Below are positions 19,326 to 28,730 of a stretch of 64,000 nucleotides of DNA, in pieces. Numbering within the stretch: position 1 is the first letter of the stretch; every line of letters begins with the position of its first letter. Both the position numbers and the translations under genes were made by a program. Source of the DNA: an uncultured Muribaculaceae bacterium. Lineage in GTDB: Bacteria > Bacteroidota > Bacteroidia > Bacteroidales > Muribaculaceae. The notes under the pieces are model-generated. The model ran no database searches, was not told the DNA's origin, and saw only the letters and a program-made list of their open reading frames with translations. The stretch lies in the NCBI GenBank assembly GCA_910587545.1, contig CAJUMI010000001.1:16722-80721 (forward strand). The letters are read 5' to 3'.

Positions 19326-21179
19326 CTAACGTCCGAATAGCTTTGCAATCAGATCCGGACGGTGCATTTTTCGCAAGCCATTCATGATTTCAGGACGATA
19401 GGTTTTATCATACCAGAAGAAATAACGCCTCTGCGCGAGTTTTTCGGCTTGCGATTTCGCTGCGAACACACGCTCTCCGGTATAAGGGTGAAAACCTGTA
19501 TAATAGATTTCTGTAGCCACAGTCATCGGCGTCGGAGTGAAGTCCTGGATCTGTTCAAGATGGAAATCAAGTTCCTTTGTCTCGACAGCGAGTTCCGCCA
19601 TGTCGAGTTCGGTGCATCCGGGATGGCTCGAAATGAAATACGGGATGAGCTGTTGTCTGAGACCGCAGCGACGATTTACATCATCGAACACCGACTTGAA
19701 CTCCTTGAACAGTCTGAATGACGGTTTTCGCATGATACCGAGCACCGTGTCTGACGTATGCTCCGGTGCCACTTTCAGGCGTCCGGACACATGCTTGCAG
19801 ATAAGTTCTTCATTATAACGCACCGATGCACTGTCGACATCCGGATCACCTGTACGCCTCATGCTCAAATCATAGCGAACTCCGCTGCCGATAAATGATT
19901 TTTTGACTCCGGGCAATGCATCCACCTTTCGGTAAATGTCAAGCAGCGGACGATGATCACCGTCGAGATTGCGGCACGGTGAAGGATGGAGACACGACGG
20001 CCTCAAACAGCGGGCACAGATTGACTTGTCTTTACCTCCCATCGCATACATATTAGCCGACGGACCTCCGAGATCGCTTATATAACCCTTGAAATCTGGC
20101 ATCCGGGTCACTTGTCTGACCTCATGGAGAATCGACCGCTGAGATCGCGAAGCTATAAACTTGCCCTGATGGGCCGAAATGGTACAGAAAGCGCAACCGC
20201 CGAAACAGCCGCGATGGAGATTGACCGAGTGGCGTATCATTTCGTAAGCCGGAATGCGCTTGCCCTTATATCTCGGATGCGGCAGACGTGTATACGGCAG
20301 ATCAAATGCGGCATCGATCTCACCTTGCGTCATGGCCGGATACATTGGGTTTACCTTTACGACCTTGTCACCCGTAACCTGCCATAGGACAGCACCGCCT
20401 GACATCGAATTGCTCTGCTGCTCGATATGCTTGAAATTCTCCGACTGTTTTTTCTTGTCCTTCAGACATTGCTCATAGGATGAGAGTATGATATTGTTGT
20501 CGTCGGCGTCAGGCATTAAAGACCGGGACAACAGAACTACGGTCTGAGGCACATCGGTCATATCGGCCAAATTCCCGCCGGCATCAAGGCGGCGGGCGAT
20601 TTCGATGACGGTTTTCTCTCCCATGCCGTAACTGATCATATCGACCGGAGCATCTACTATAAGCGATGGCCTCAGCCGATCCTGCCAGTAGTCATAATGC
20701 GACAGACGGCGCAGCGATGCTTCAATGCCACCTGCAATGACCGGCACATCGGGGTAGAGATCTTTCAGAATCTTAGAATATACGACCGACGGATAGTCAG
20801 GTCTCATTCCATGACGCCCGCCCGGAGTATATGCATCGTCGCTGCGACGACGACGATTTGCCGTATAGTGATTGACCATCGAATCCATAGCACCGGGAGA
20901 GATGCCAAAGAACAGCCGAGGAATGCCGAACTTCCTGAAATCACGCAAGTCGTCCTGCCAGTTGGGCTGCGGAACAATCGCCACTCTGTAGCCGGCGGCC
21001 TGTAGCGTACGCCCTATTACAGCCACACCGAAAGAAGGATGATCGACATAGGCGTCACCCGAAAACAAAACTACATCGACCTCAGTCCAGCCGAGAGCTT
21101 TCATTTCTTTAACCGATGTCGGCAACCAGTCGGCAGGCTTCAGCGACGAATAATCTATTTCTTGCATCTCCAGTTTCAT
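19326..21179 (-). CDS. ygiQ: YgiQ-family radical SAM protein (UPF0313)
   Basis: The 617-aa ORF has the CFGGCAFC (CxxxCxxC) cluster and the N-terminus DAYVDHPSFGVAVIGR. Confidence 0.88.
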   Translation of the reverse strand: MKLEMQEIDYSSLKPADWLPTSVKEMKALGWTEVDVVLFSGDAYVDHPSFGVAVIGRTLQAAGYRVAIVPQPNWQDDLRDFRKFGIPRLFFGISPGAMDSMVNHYTANRRRRSDDAYTPGGRHGMRPDYPSVVYSKILKDLYPDVPVIAGGIEASLRRLSHYDYWQDRLRPSLIVDAPVDMISYGMGEKTVIEIARRLDAGGNLADMTDVPQTVVLLSRSLMPDADDNNIILSSYEQCLKDKKKQSENFKHIEQQSNSMSGGAVLWQVTGDKVVKVNPMYPAMTQGEIDAAFDLPYTRLPHPRYKGKRIPAYEMIRHSVNLHRGCFGGCAFCTISAHQGKFIASRSQRSILHEVRQVTRMPDFKGYISDLGGPSANMYAMGGKDKSICARCLRPSCLHPSPCRNLDGDHRPLLDIYRKVDALPGVKKSFIGSGVRYDLSMRRTGDPDVDSASVRYNEELICKHVSGRLKVAPEHTSDTVLGIMRKPSFRLFKEFKSVFDDVNRRCGLRQQLIPYFISSHPGCTELDMAELAVETKELDFHLEQIQDFTPTPMTVATEIYYTGFHPYTGERVFAAKSQAEKLAQRRYFFWYDKTYRPEIMNGLRKMHRPDLIAKLFGR

Positions 21180-23254
21180 TTCTTCATTGTTTCGAGGCGT
21201 TGTTCCATCTTGATGATTTCGTCGCGAAGACGCGCCGCTTCGATAAATTCCATTTTCTTGGCAGCTTCGAGCATATCGTTCCTCATGCGTGTGATCGAAC
21301 GTTGCAGTTCATCAGGGTTCATATACTGTATGACCGGATCGGCCGCAATATCGACAGTCGTTGAGTATTCTGACACATAGAGCGGACGTTCGCCGGCATG
21401 AGCGCGGTTCGGCCTGCTTTTCTGACGATCAGGCGGCAGTCGGGCGACATCATCCTCGGTCTCATGGCCTATTATAGCGTTTCTGGCCTTGATTATGGCT
21501 GTCGGCGTTATGCCATGTCCCTCATTATAAGCAAGCTGCAGAGAGCGGCGACGTTCGGTTTCGTCGATGGTCAACTGCATGGAATCCGTTATCTTGTCGG
21601 CATACATTATGACTTCTCCGTTAAGATTGCGCGCGGCTCGTCCGACGGTCTGTGTCAACGATCTGTGGCTGCGCAGGAAGCCCTCCTTGTCAGCGTCGAG
21701 AATCGCAACGAGCGACACCTCCGGCAAGTCAAGACCTTCTCGCAACAGATTGACTCCTATAAGCACGTCATATACACCCGCACGCAGATCGTCGAGGATC
21801 TTCACCCGGTCCATCGTATCGACATCGCTATGAATATATGCGGTCTTTATGCCCAGACGTGACAGATAATCATTCAGTTCCTCGGCCATGCGTTTGGTGA
21901 GAGTCGTGACAAGCGTTCGCTCACCGCGCTCGATGCGGACATTGATTTCCTCCATCAGGTCATCGATCTGATTGAGAGACGGGTGCACCTTGATGACCGG
22001 ATCGAGAAGTCCAGTCGGTCGTATCAGCTGTTCGACCACTACACCCTCGCTCTTCTGGAGTTCATAGTCTGCCGGCGTCGCACTGACATACAGAACCTGA
22101 GGTACCAGGCGTTCGAATTCCTCAAATTTCAGAGGACGGTTGTCCAAAGCAGCCGGCAGACGGAAACCGTACTCCACAAGATTCATTTTTCTTGAAAGAT
22201 CGCCGCCATACATTGCCCTGATCTGCGGTATGGTCACGTGGCTCTCATCTATTATAGTCAGGAAATCTTTCGGGAAATAGTCAAGCAGACAGAACGGTCG
22301 CATGCCCGGCTCGCGTCCGTCAAAATAACGAGAGTAATTCTCAATGCCGGAGCAATATCCGACCTCCTTGATCATCTCGACGTCATAAGTCACCCGTTCA
22401 TACAGACGCTTGGCTTCAAGCTCTCTGGCCTCACGGCTGAAAAATTCCACCTGCTTGCCGAGATCGAGCTGTATCTGAGCGATCGCCGATGCCTGACGCG
22501 CAGGAGAGGTGACGAAAATGTTGGCCGGATAAATTCTGAATTCCTCATGATCCGCGATATGCACGGAGTCTTCGGGATAAAGAGTCTCAAGAGATTCGAT
22601 CTCATCGCCCCAGAAAACTATCCTGAGCATGACATCCTCATAGGCGAGGCGTATGTCGATGGTGTCACCCTTGACTCTGAAATTGCCGCGCTGAAAATCG
22701 ACCTCATTACGGGCATAAAGCGATGCGACAAGTTTACGCAGAAAAGCGTTACGTGTGATTTTCTGTCCAACTTTCACTTCCACGACATTCTCGTGAAAAT
22801 CCTCGGGATTACCTATGCCGTAAAGGCATGAGACCGATGACACAACGACCACATCTCTGCGCCCTGACAATAACGCCGACGTTGTGGCAAGTCTGAGACG
22901 ATCGATCTCGTCGTTGATCATCAGATCCTTTTCTATATATTTGTCGACTGACGGAATATAGGCTTCAGGCTGATAATAATCATAATAAGATACGAAGTAA
23001 TGGACTTCGTTTTCAGGAAAAAACTGTTTGAACTCGCTGTAGAGCTGAGCGGCAAGTGTCTTGTTATGGCTCAGGATCAGTGTCGGCTTCTTCACTTCCT
23101 GAATGACATTGGCCATAGTGAACGTTTTGCCTGAACCCGTCACCCCGAGCAGGGTCTGAGCCGGCAGATCATCGTTGATTCCTTCGACAAGCTGTGCGAT
23201 AGCCTGCGGTTGATCACCGGTCGGTTTATATTGGGAATGAAGTTTAAAGTCCAT
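21176..23254 (-). CDS. uvrB: excinuclease ABC subunit B
   Basis: I chose the internal ATG at 23254 (MDFKLHSQYKPTGDQPQAI...). The ORF has GVTGSGKT (Walker A), the helicase motifs and a C-terminal UVR domain (FIEAARLRDEI). Its TGA overlaps the ygiQ ATG (ATGA at 21176-21179). Confidence 0.93.
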   Translation of the reverse strand: MDFKLHSQYKPTGDQPQAIAQLVEGINDDLPAQTLLGVTGSGKTFTMANVIQEVKKPTLILSHNKTLAAQLYSEFKQFFPENEVHYFVSYYDYYQPEAYIPSVDKYIEKDLMINDEIDRLRLATTSALLSGRRDVVVVSSVSCLYGIGNPEDFHENVVEVKVGQKITRNAFLRKLVASLYARNEVDFQRGNFRVKGDTIDIRLAYEDVMLRIVFWGDEIESLETLYPEDSVHIADHEEFRIYPANIFVTSPARQASAIAQIQLDLGKQVEFFSREARELEAKRLYERVTYDVEMIKEVGYCSGIENYSRYFDGREPGMRPFCLLDYFPKDFLTIIDESHVTIPQIRAMYGGDLSRKMNLVEYGFRLPAALDNRPLKFEEFERLVPQVLYVSATPADYELQKSEGVVVEQLIRPTGLLDPVIKVHPSLNQIDDLMEEINVRIERGERTLVTTLTKRMAEELNDYLSRLGIKTAYIHSDVDTMDRVKILDDLRAGVYDVLIGVNLLREGLDLPEVSLVAILDADKEGFLRSHRSLTQTVGRAARNLNGEVIMYADKITDSMQLTIDETERRRSLQLAYNEGHGITPTAIIKARNAIIGHETEDDVARLPPDRQKSRPNRAHAGERPLYVSEYSTTVDIAADPVIQYMNPDELQRSITRMRNDMLEAAKKMEFIEAARLRDEIIKMEQRLETMKK

Positions 23255-23280
23255 ACTTCTGATTCTATTTTTACAACTTA

Positions 23281-23288
23281 CAAATATA
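23281..23288 (-). promoter_or_regulatory. -7 box TATATTTG (minus strand) upstream of uvrB
   Basis: The plus strand reads CAAATATA, 27 nt upstream of the ATG at 23254. Confidence 0.4.
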
Positions 23289-23436
23289 GCGTTTTTTTGC
23301 CATGCGAGCGTCATTTTAACAATAGCGGCCTATTAATTATCGCAAAAAATCATGAAAAAAATTCCGCTTGACCGGCAAGGCAGACCGGCATGACTTATTA
23401 TAAGATGTGATGCCGCTCATCACACATGCGGCTCTA

Positions 23437-23455
23437 ATTTAAAATCATTTTAAAT
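23437..23455. promoter_or_regulatory. perfect 19-bp AT-rich palindrome ATTTAAAATCATTTTAAAT upstream of feoAB (candidate operator)
   Basis: Read directly from the sequence. It lies 80 bp before the ATG at 23535. Confidence 0.4.
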
Positions 23456-23534
23456 AAATTCACGATTTGCTTTCATTATCGGGTATTTTTTCGCAATTTT
23501 GCACCCCGAAATGTAACAGACGAATTTATCGTTT

Positions 23535-25928
23535 ATGCGACTGTCAGATTTAAAAACCGGCGAAACCGGCATTGTTATTAAAATTCTCGGTCATGGCGCG
23601 TTCCGCAAGCGTGTCATGGAGATGGGGTTTGTGAAAGGTCGTCCGGTTGAAGTCATCCTTCATGCCCCGCTGAAAGACCCGATCAAATATTCGATAATGG
23701 GTTACAGTGTATCACTCCGTGCTTCAGAGGCACACATGATCGAGGTTGTCAAGGTCAACAGCTCGGCTGATGCATCGGCGATGCGCAATCCCGGCGTCAT
23801 TTCTGACTGCGATAACATACAGACCACCGTGGAACGCGAACGGCATATCATCAATGTCGCACTGATCGGAAATCCAAACTGCGGTAAAACATCCCTTTTC
23901 AACATAGCCTCGGGCATGAGCGAACGTGTCGGCAACTACAGCGGTGTGACCGTCGATGCCAAGTCAGGCACATTCATGTATAAAGGCTATGAGTTCAATA
24001 TCGTAGATCTCCCCGGCACATACTCTCTCGCAAGCTACTCGCCTGAAGAAGTATATGTACGCAGATATCTGCGCGACTATACTCCCGACGTTATCATCAA
24101 CGTTGTCGACGCTTCAAACATCGAGCGCAATCTCTATCTGACAACAGAGCTTATCGATATGGACCGCAGCATGGTAATCGCCCTGAACATGTATGACGAA
24201 TTGCGTTCTCGAGGCACGAAACTCGACAACAAGATGCTCGGCGACATGATCGGTGTGCCGATGGTTCCGATCGTAGCACGTAACGGTGAAGGCATAGACA
24301 GTCTCTTCGATTCGGTTATTTCAGTATTCGAGGGCCGCGAAACTTCGGTCCGCCATATCCACGTAAGTCTCGGACACGATATCGAGGCCGCCGTACGTAA
24401 ACTCATTGATGCGATAAAAGCCGACGGAAAGATCGGACGGCACTTCTCCCCGCGTTATATCGCCATCAAACTGCTCGAAGGCGACCGCGAGGCAGAAGAC
24501 ATTGTCAGCCACTCTGACTGCAGCCGAGAGATCATGCTCATGCGAGACGAGTTGCGCGGGCAGATCGAGTCTATCAACGACGAGGATATCTCATCGACCG
24601 TCGCATCCTCGAAGTACGGGTTCATCGCCGGAGCTCTCGCCGAAACAATGGAGTCAGGGACAGCCCGGACTGAGACCAGAACCAACATCATCGACAGTTT
24701 TGTAACCAACAAGCTATTTGGCTTTCCTCTGTTTTTCCTGGTGATGTTCCTGATTTTCTGGGCCACTTTCGCCATCGGACAATATCCCATGGACTGGATC
24801 GACACCTCTGTTTCATGGCTAAGTTCAGCCGTGCAGCAACTGATGCCCGACGGCATACTAAAAGACCTCATAGCCGACGGCATCATAGGCGGTGTCGGCG
24901 GTGTGATAGTCTTTCTGCCAAACATTCTGATTCTATACTTCTGCATCTCTTTCATGGAAGATTCGGGCTACATGGCCCGCGCCGCCTTCATCATGGACAA
25001 AGTCATGCACCGTATCGGCCTTCACGGCAAATCGTTCATACCTCTCATCATGGGTTTCGGCTGCAACGTGCCGGCAATCATTTCGACAAGAGCCATCGAA
25101 AGCCGTTCGAGCCGCCTCATCACTATACTGATCAATCCCTTCATGTCATGTTCGGCCCGGCTGCCGATCTATGTGCTGCTCATAGGCGCGTTTTTCCCTA
25201 CGCACGCGGCATTGGTATTTATGGGACTTTATGTCATGGGGATAATCGTCGCGGTGATCACCGCTCGCCTGCTGAGACGTTTTCTTTTCAAGACCGACGA
25301 GACGCCGTTTGTGATGGAACTCCCCCCCTACCGCATGCCGACAATGAAAGCGTCGCTGCGCCACACCTGGGCCAAAGGAGTGCAGTATCTCAGAAAAATG
25401 GGCGGCACGATCCTTGTCGCCAGCATCATAGTCTGGGCGTTGAACTATTTCCCGCATCACGAAGATCAAGATGCAGCATCCGTTCAACTGACCGAAACGT
25501 CAGACAGCAGCATAGATCCCGACAATGATTCATATCTTGAAATGATGGGCAAAGCCATCAATCCCGTCATGCAACCCATCGGTTTCCACTGGCGCGCGAC
25601 AGTCGCAGCCATCGCCGGAGTCCCGGCAAAGGAGATCGTAGTCTCGACACTCGGAGTGCTCTACGCCGACAACGAAGCCGCACCGGAAGAGCGCCTCAGC
25701 CGGCGTCTCAAAGCCGATGATCCGACGACCGGCAAGCCTGACTTTACAGCTGCCGCAACTCTGAGTTTCCTGATATTCATCCTGCTTTATTGCCCGTGCA
25801 TAGCCACCGTGACAGCCATTGCCCGTGAAAGCGGGAGCTGGAAATGGGGCGCATTCAGCGTTGTATACAATACATTCGTGGCCTGGATTGTCGCATTTGC
25901 CGCTTATCACATAGCTTTGATATTTTGA
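23535..25928 (+). CDS. feoB: ferrous iron transporter, FeoA-FeoB fusion
   Basis: The 797-aa ORF has an N-terminal FeoA/SH3-like region (LSDLKTGETGIVIKI), the G-domain motif IGNPNCGKTSLFN, and a polytopic C-terminal half. Confidence 0.92.
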   Translation: MRLSDLKTGETGIVIKILGHGAFRKRVMEMGFVKGRPVEVILHAPLKDPIKYSIMGYSVSLRASEAHMIEVVKVNSSADASAMRNPGVISDCDNIQTTVERERHIINVALIGNPNCGKTSLFNIASGMSERVGNYSGVTVDAKSGTFMYKGYEFNIVDLPGTYSLASYSPEEVYVRRYLRDYTPDVIINVVDASNIERNLYLTTELIDMDRSMVIALNMYDELRSRGTKLDNKMLGDMIGVPMVPIVARNGEGIDSLFDSVISVFEGRETSVRHIHVSLGHDIEAAVRKLIDAIKADGKIGRHFSPRYIAIKLLEGDREAEDIVSHSDCSREIMLMRDELRGQIESINDEDISSTVASSKYGFIAGALAETMESGTARTETRTNIIDSFVTNKLFGFPLFFLVMFLIFWATFAIGQYPMDWIDTSVSWLSSAVQQLMPDGILKDLIADGIIGGVGGVIVFLPNILILYFCISFMEDSGYMARAAFIMDKVMHRIGLHGKSFIPLIMGFGCNVPAIISTRAIESRSSRLITILINPFMSCSARLPIYVLLIGAFFPTHAALVFMGLYVMGIIVAVITARLLRRFLFKTDETPFVMELPPYRMPTMKASLRHTWAKGVQYLRKMGGTILVASIIVWALNYFPHHEDQDAASVQLTETSDSSIDPDNDSYLEMMGKAINPVMQPIGFHWRATVAAIAGVPAKEIVVSTLGVLYADNEAAPEERLSRRLKADDPTTGKPDFTAAATLSFLIFILLYCPCIATVTAIARESGSWKWGAFSVVYNTFVAWIVAFAAYHIALIF

Positions 25929-25960
25929 TTTGTCTGTTCGACAGAAAAACAGTATCTTTG
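25929..25960 (+). promoter_or_regulatory. Bacteroides-type promoter TTTG-N20-TATCTTTG upstream of the dCMP deaminase gene
   Basis: TTTG lies at 25929-25932 and TATCTTTG at 25953-25960. The ATG is at 25982. Confidence 0.5.
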
Positions 25961-25981
25961 TTCGATAATCCCCTGTCAACG

Positions 25982-26416
25982 ATGAACCAGACACAACAGA
26001 AGCAAGAAAATCTCGACAAACGGTACCTGCGCATGGCATCAATATGGGCCGAGAATTCATATTGTCAGCGCCGTAAGGTAGGCGCTATCATTGTCAAAGA
26101 CCAGATGATAATTTCCGACGGATACAACGGCACGCCGTCAGGCTTCGAAAATATCTGCGAGGACGAAAGCGGTCACACAAAGCCTTATGTTCTTCACGCC
26201 GAAGCCAATGCAATCACCAAAGTAGCCAGGAGCAACAATTCAAGCGATAACGCGACTCTCTATGTCACTGCATCGCCTTGCGTCGAATGCGCCAAACTCA
26301 TCATCCAGGCCGGCATCAAACGTGTTGTCTACAACGAGCTGTATCGCATATGCGACGGTCTCGATCTGCTGACCCGCGCAGGCATCGAATGTGTCCACAT
26401 CGTTGACACCGAATAG
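25982..26416 (+). CDS. deoxycytidylate (dCMP) deaminase
   Basis: I chose the internal ATG (MNQTQQKQ...). The zinc motifs HAEANAI and PCVECAKLI are present. The longer track ORF from 25844 overlaps feoB. Confidence 0.88.
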   Translation: MNQTQQKQENLDKRYLRMASIWAENSYCQRRKVGAIIVKDQMIISDGYNGTPSGFENICEDESGHTKPYVLHAEANAITKVARSNNSSDNATLYVTASPCVECAKLIIQAGIKRVVYNELYRICDGLDLLTRAGIECVHIVDTE

Positions 26417-26439
26417 TCTTACACATTCTCATCCATACT

Positions 26440-28107
26440 ATGAGTACGAATAACAGAATTAACCGATGGCTCCCGCTTTTCGGAGCCATCATACTGGCAG
26501 CCGGATTCTGGCTCGGCTTCATGCTCGCCGGCGGAAGCGCCCGCCGTCCCTATCAGGATAAACTCAGCCGTCTTTACGAAATCATCGAAAACGACTATGT
26601 CGATGCCATTGACCTCGACAGTCTGCTCGAAACCCAGATCCCATCACTTCTCAAAAGTCTCGACCCCCATTCGTCATATATTCCCGCGTCTGACCTCGAG
26701 GAAGTCAACGGCGAGCTCGAAGGCAGCTTCAGTGGCGTCGGCATCCAGTTTCAGGTGATGAATGACACCATATGCGTCGTCGAAGTCATTCCCGGCGGAC
26801 CGGCTGAAAAAGTAGGTCTGCTTCCGGGCGACCGTATAATCGCCGTCGACACAATAGATATTATAAGCCGTCACATATCCGATGAAGATGTGCGCTCGAT
26901 GTTGCGCGGACAGAAAGGAACTGAAGTCCGCGTGAAAGTCAAGCGTAACAACTCGGCCAGACCGCTGACATTCGACATCGTCAGAGGCGAGATCCCGGTC
27001 ACTTCGGTCGATGCGGCCTATATGATCGATCCCAAGACCGGCTACGTGAAAGTCAACCGCTTCTCCAAGACCACCTATAGCGAATTTCTTCAGGCGATAA
27101 GTCAGTTGCGCTACAACGGCGCCGAAAGTCTCATCATCGATCTCCGCGGCAACGGAGGCGGATATATGGAACCGGCTATTCTCATGGCCAATGAATTCCT
27201 GCCCCCCTACAGCAGCATCGTCATGACAAAAGGCCGTGACACCGATAGCAATTCAAGTATAATCAGCGACGGCACCGGGGCCTTCTCCGACATTCCTCTC
27301 GTCGTGCTCGTGGATGAGTTCACGGCAAGTTCAAGCGAAATCTTCTCCGGAGCTATCCAGGATAATGACCGCGGTCTTGTTGTCGGCCGCCGCACCTTCG
27401 GCAAAGGGCTTGTACAACGTCCGATATTACTTCCGGACTCCAGCGAGGTGCGTCTTACGGTACAGCGATACTATACCCCGTCGGGCCGATGTATACAGAA
27501 AAATTTCCAGCGTGGCCAGGCCGACAAATACGATGAAGAAATCATCGAGCGCTACAACCGTGGTGAAGTATTCAACGCCGACAGCATAAACCTCAACACA
27601 AACGAGATTTTCAAGACTCTCAACGGACGCACGGTTTACGGTAGCGGCGGCATCATGCCCGACGTATTTGTGCCGTCTGACACGACCGGTTATTCCTCAT
27701 ATTATGTCAATGTGTCCAACGCCGGACTGCTTCAGAAATATGCTTACGAACTCGCCGACCTCAACCGCGAGGAATTTTCCAAAGCCAAGAATGTCGACGA
27801 TCTTCTGGCCATGCTTCCGTCAGACGCTACACTGCTGCAGTCGTTCGTTTCTTATGCCGCTCAGAAAGGCGTACCCGCCCGTTGGCATTACATCAACATT
27901 TCGGCAAACTTGATTGTTAATTATTTAAAAGCCCTGATTGCGCGCGACACCCTCGGCTTCAGTGCGTCATACGAGATTTTCAATTCTCGCGACACTGCTG
28001 TGGCTCGGGCCTTGCAGCTTCTCAAAGACGGCGAAGCTCAGATTCCGGTGCGCTATGAGAGGCTCAGAACCAATGACACTGAAGTAACGACCGAATACAA
28101 TGAATAA
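26440..28107 (+). CDS. S41-family carboxy-terminal processing peptidase (PDZ domain)
   Basis: The 555-aa ORF has a PDZ domain (VIPGGPAEKVGLLPGDRIIAVD), plus LIIDLRGNGGGY, the TASSSEIFSGA Ser and the TFGKGLVQ Lys. Confidence 0.9.
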   Translation: MSTNNRINRWLPLFGAIILAAGFWLGFMLAGGSARRPYQDKLSRLYEIIENDYVDAIDLDSLLETQIPSLLKSLDPHSSYIPASDLEEVNGELEGSFSGVGIQFQVMNDTICVVEVIPGGPAEKVGLLPGDRIIAVDTIDIISRHISDEDVRSMLRGQKGTEVRVKVKRNNSARPLTFDIVRGEIPVTSVDAAYMIDPKTGYVKVNRFSKTTYSEFLQAISQLRYNGAESLIIDLRGNGGGYMEPAILMANEFLPPYSSIVMTKGRDTDSNSSIISDGTGAFSDIPLVVLVDEFTASSSEIFSGAIQDNDRGLVVGRRTFGKGLVQRPILLPDSSEVRLTVQRYYTPSGRCIQKNFQRGQADKYDEEIIERYNRGEVFNADSINLNTNEIFKTLNGRTVYGSGGIMPDVFVPSDTTGYSSYYVNVSNAGLLQKYAYELADLNREEFSKAKNVDDLLAMLPSDATLLQSFVSYAAQKGVPARWHYINISANLIVNYLKALIARDTLGFSASYEIFNSRDTAVARALQLLKDGEAQIPVRYERLRTNDTEVTTEYNE

Positions 28108-28660
28108 AGATGATATAAGACTGCGAATCCGGACTCGCAAAAGTCTGCTCGACGACAAAGAACGCCGATCGGCGGCCGAGGCGGTGTTTGATCTCCTTGA
28201 GCACACCGCTGCGTTTATGATCTCAGACCGCATTCTGCTCTATCACTCACTCCCCGACGAACTGTCGACTATCGCGTTCATAGACAAATGGCATGACCGC
28301 AAGAAATTCTATCTGCCCCGCGTCAACGGTCTCAACCTTGAGATACTTCCGTACGACCGATCCAGCCTTCATCTCGGCGCTTTCAACATCGAAGAGCCTG
28401 ACGGCGACGACACCACAGACATGGCCAGCATCGACATGGTCGTCGTGCCGGCAGTGGCCTACGATCGCCGCGGCAACCGCATAGGACGCGGCAAAGGATA
28501 TTATGACCGTCTGCTTCATGACACCCGCGCCATAAAAGTCGGTGTGGCCTACGACTTTCAGCTCGTTGACGATATCGACGCCGAGGTTCATGACGTGGCC
28601 GTCGACTATGTGATCACCGAGCGCGGCATCATCCGCACCTCGCGTCACAAGCGCCAGTGA
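28100..28660 (+). CDS. 5-formyltetrahydrofolate cyclo-ligase
   Basis: The 186-aa ORF contains RIGRGKGYYDRLL. It overlaps the upstream gene by 8 nt. Confidence 0.85.
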   Translation: MNKDDIRLRIRTRKSLLDDKERRSAAEAVFDLLEHTAAFMISDRILLYHSLPDELSTIAFIDKWHDRKKFYLPRVNGLNLEILPYDRSSLHLGAFNIEEPDGDDTTDMASIDMVVVPAVAYDRRGNRIGRGKGYYDRLLHDTRAIKVGVAYDFQLVDDIDAEVHDVAVDYVITERGIIRTSRHKRQ

Positions 28661-28730
28661 AGCGTCAGTTCCGGTCCGCCACGCGTGGTCGGGACGCTCA
28701 TCATTAACTTATCATCACATTATCTCAATC

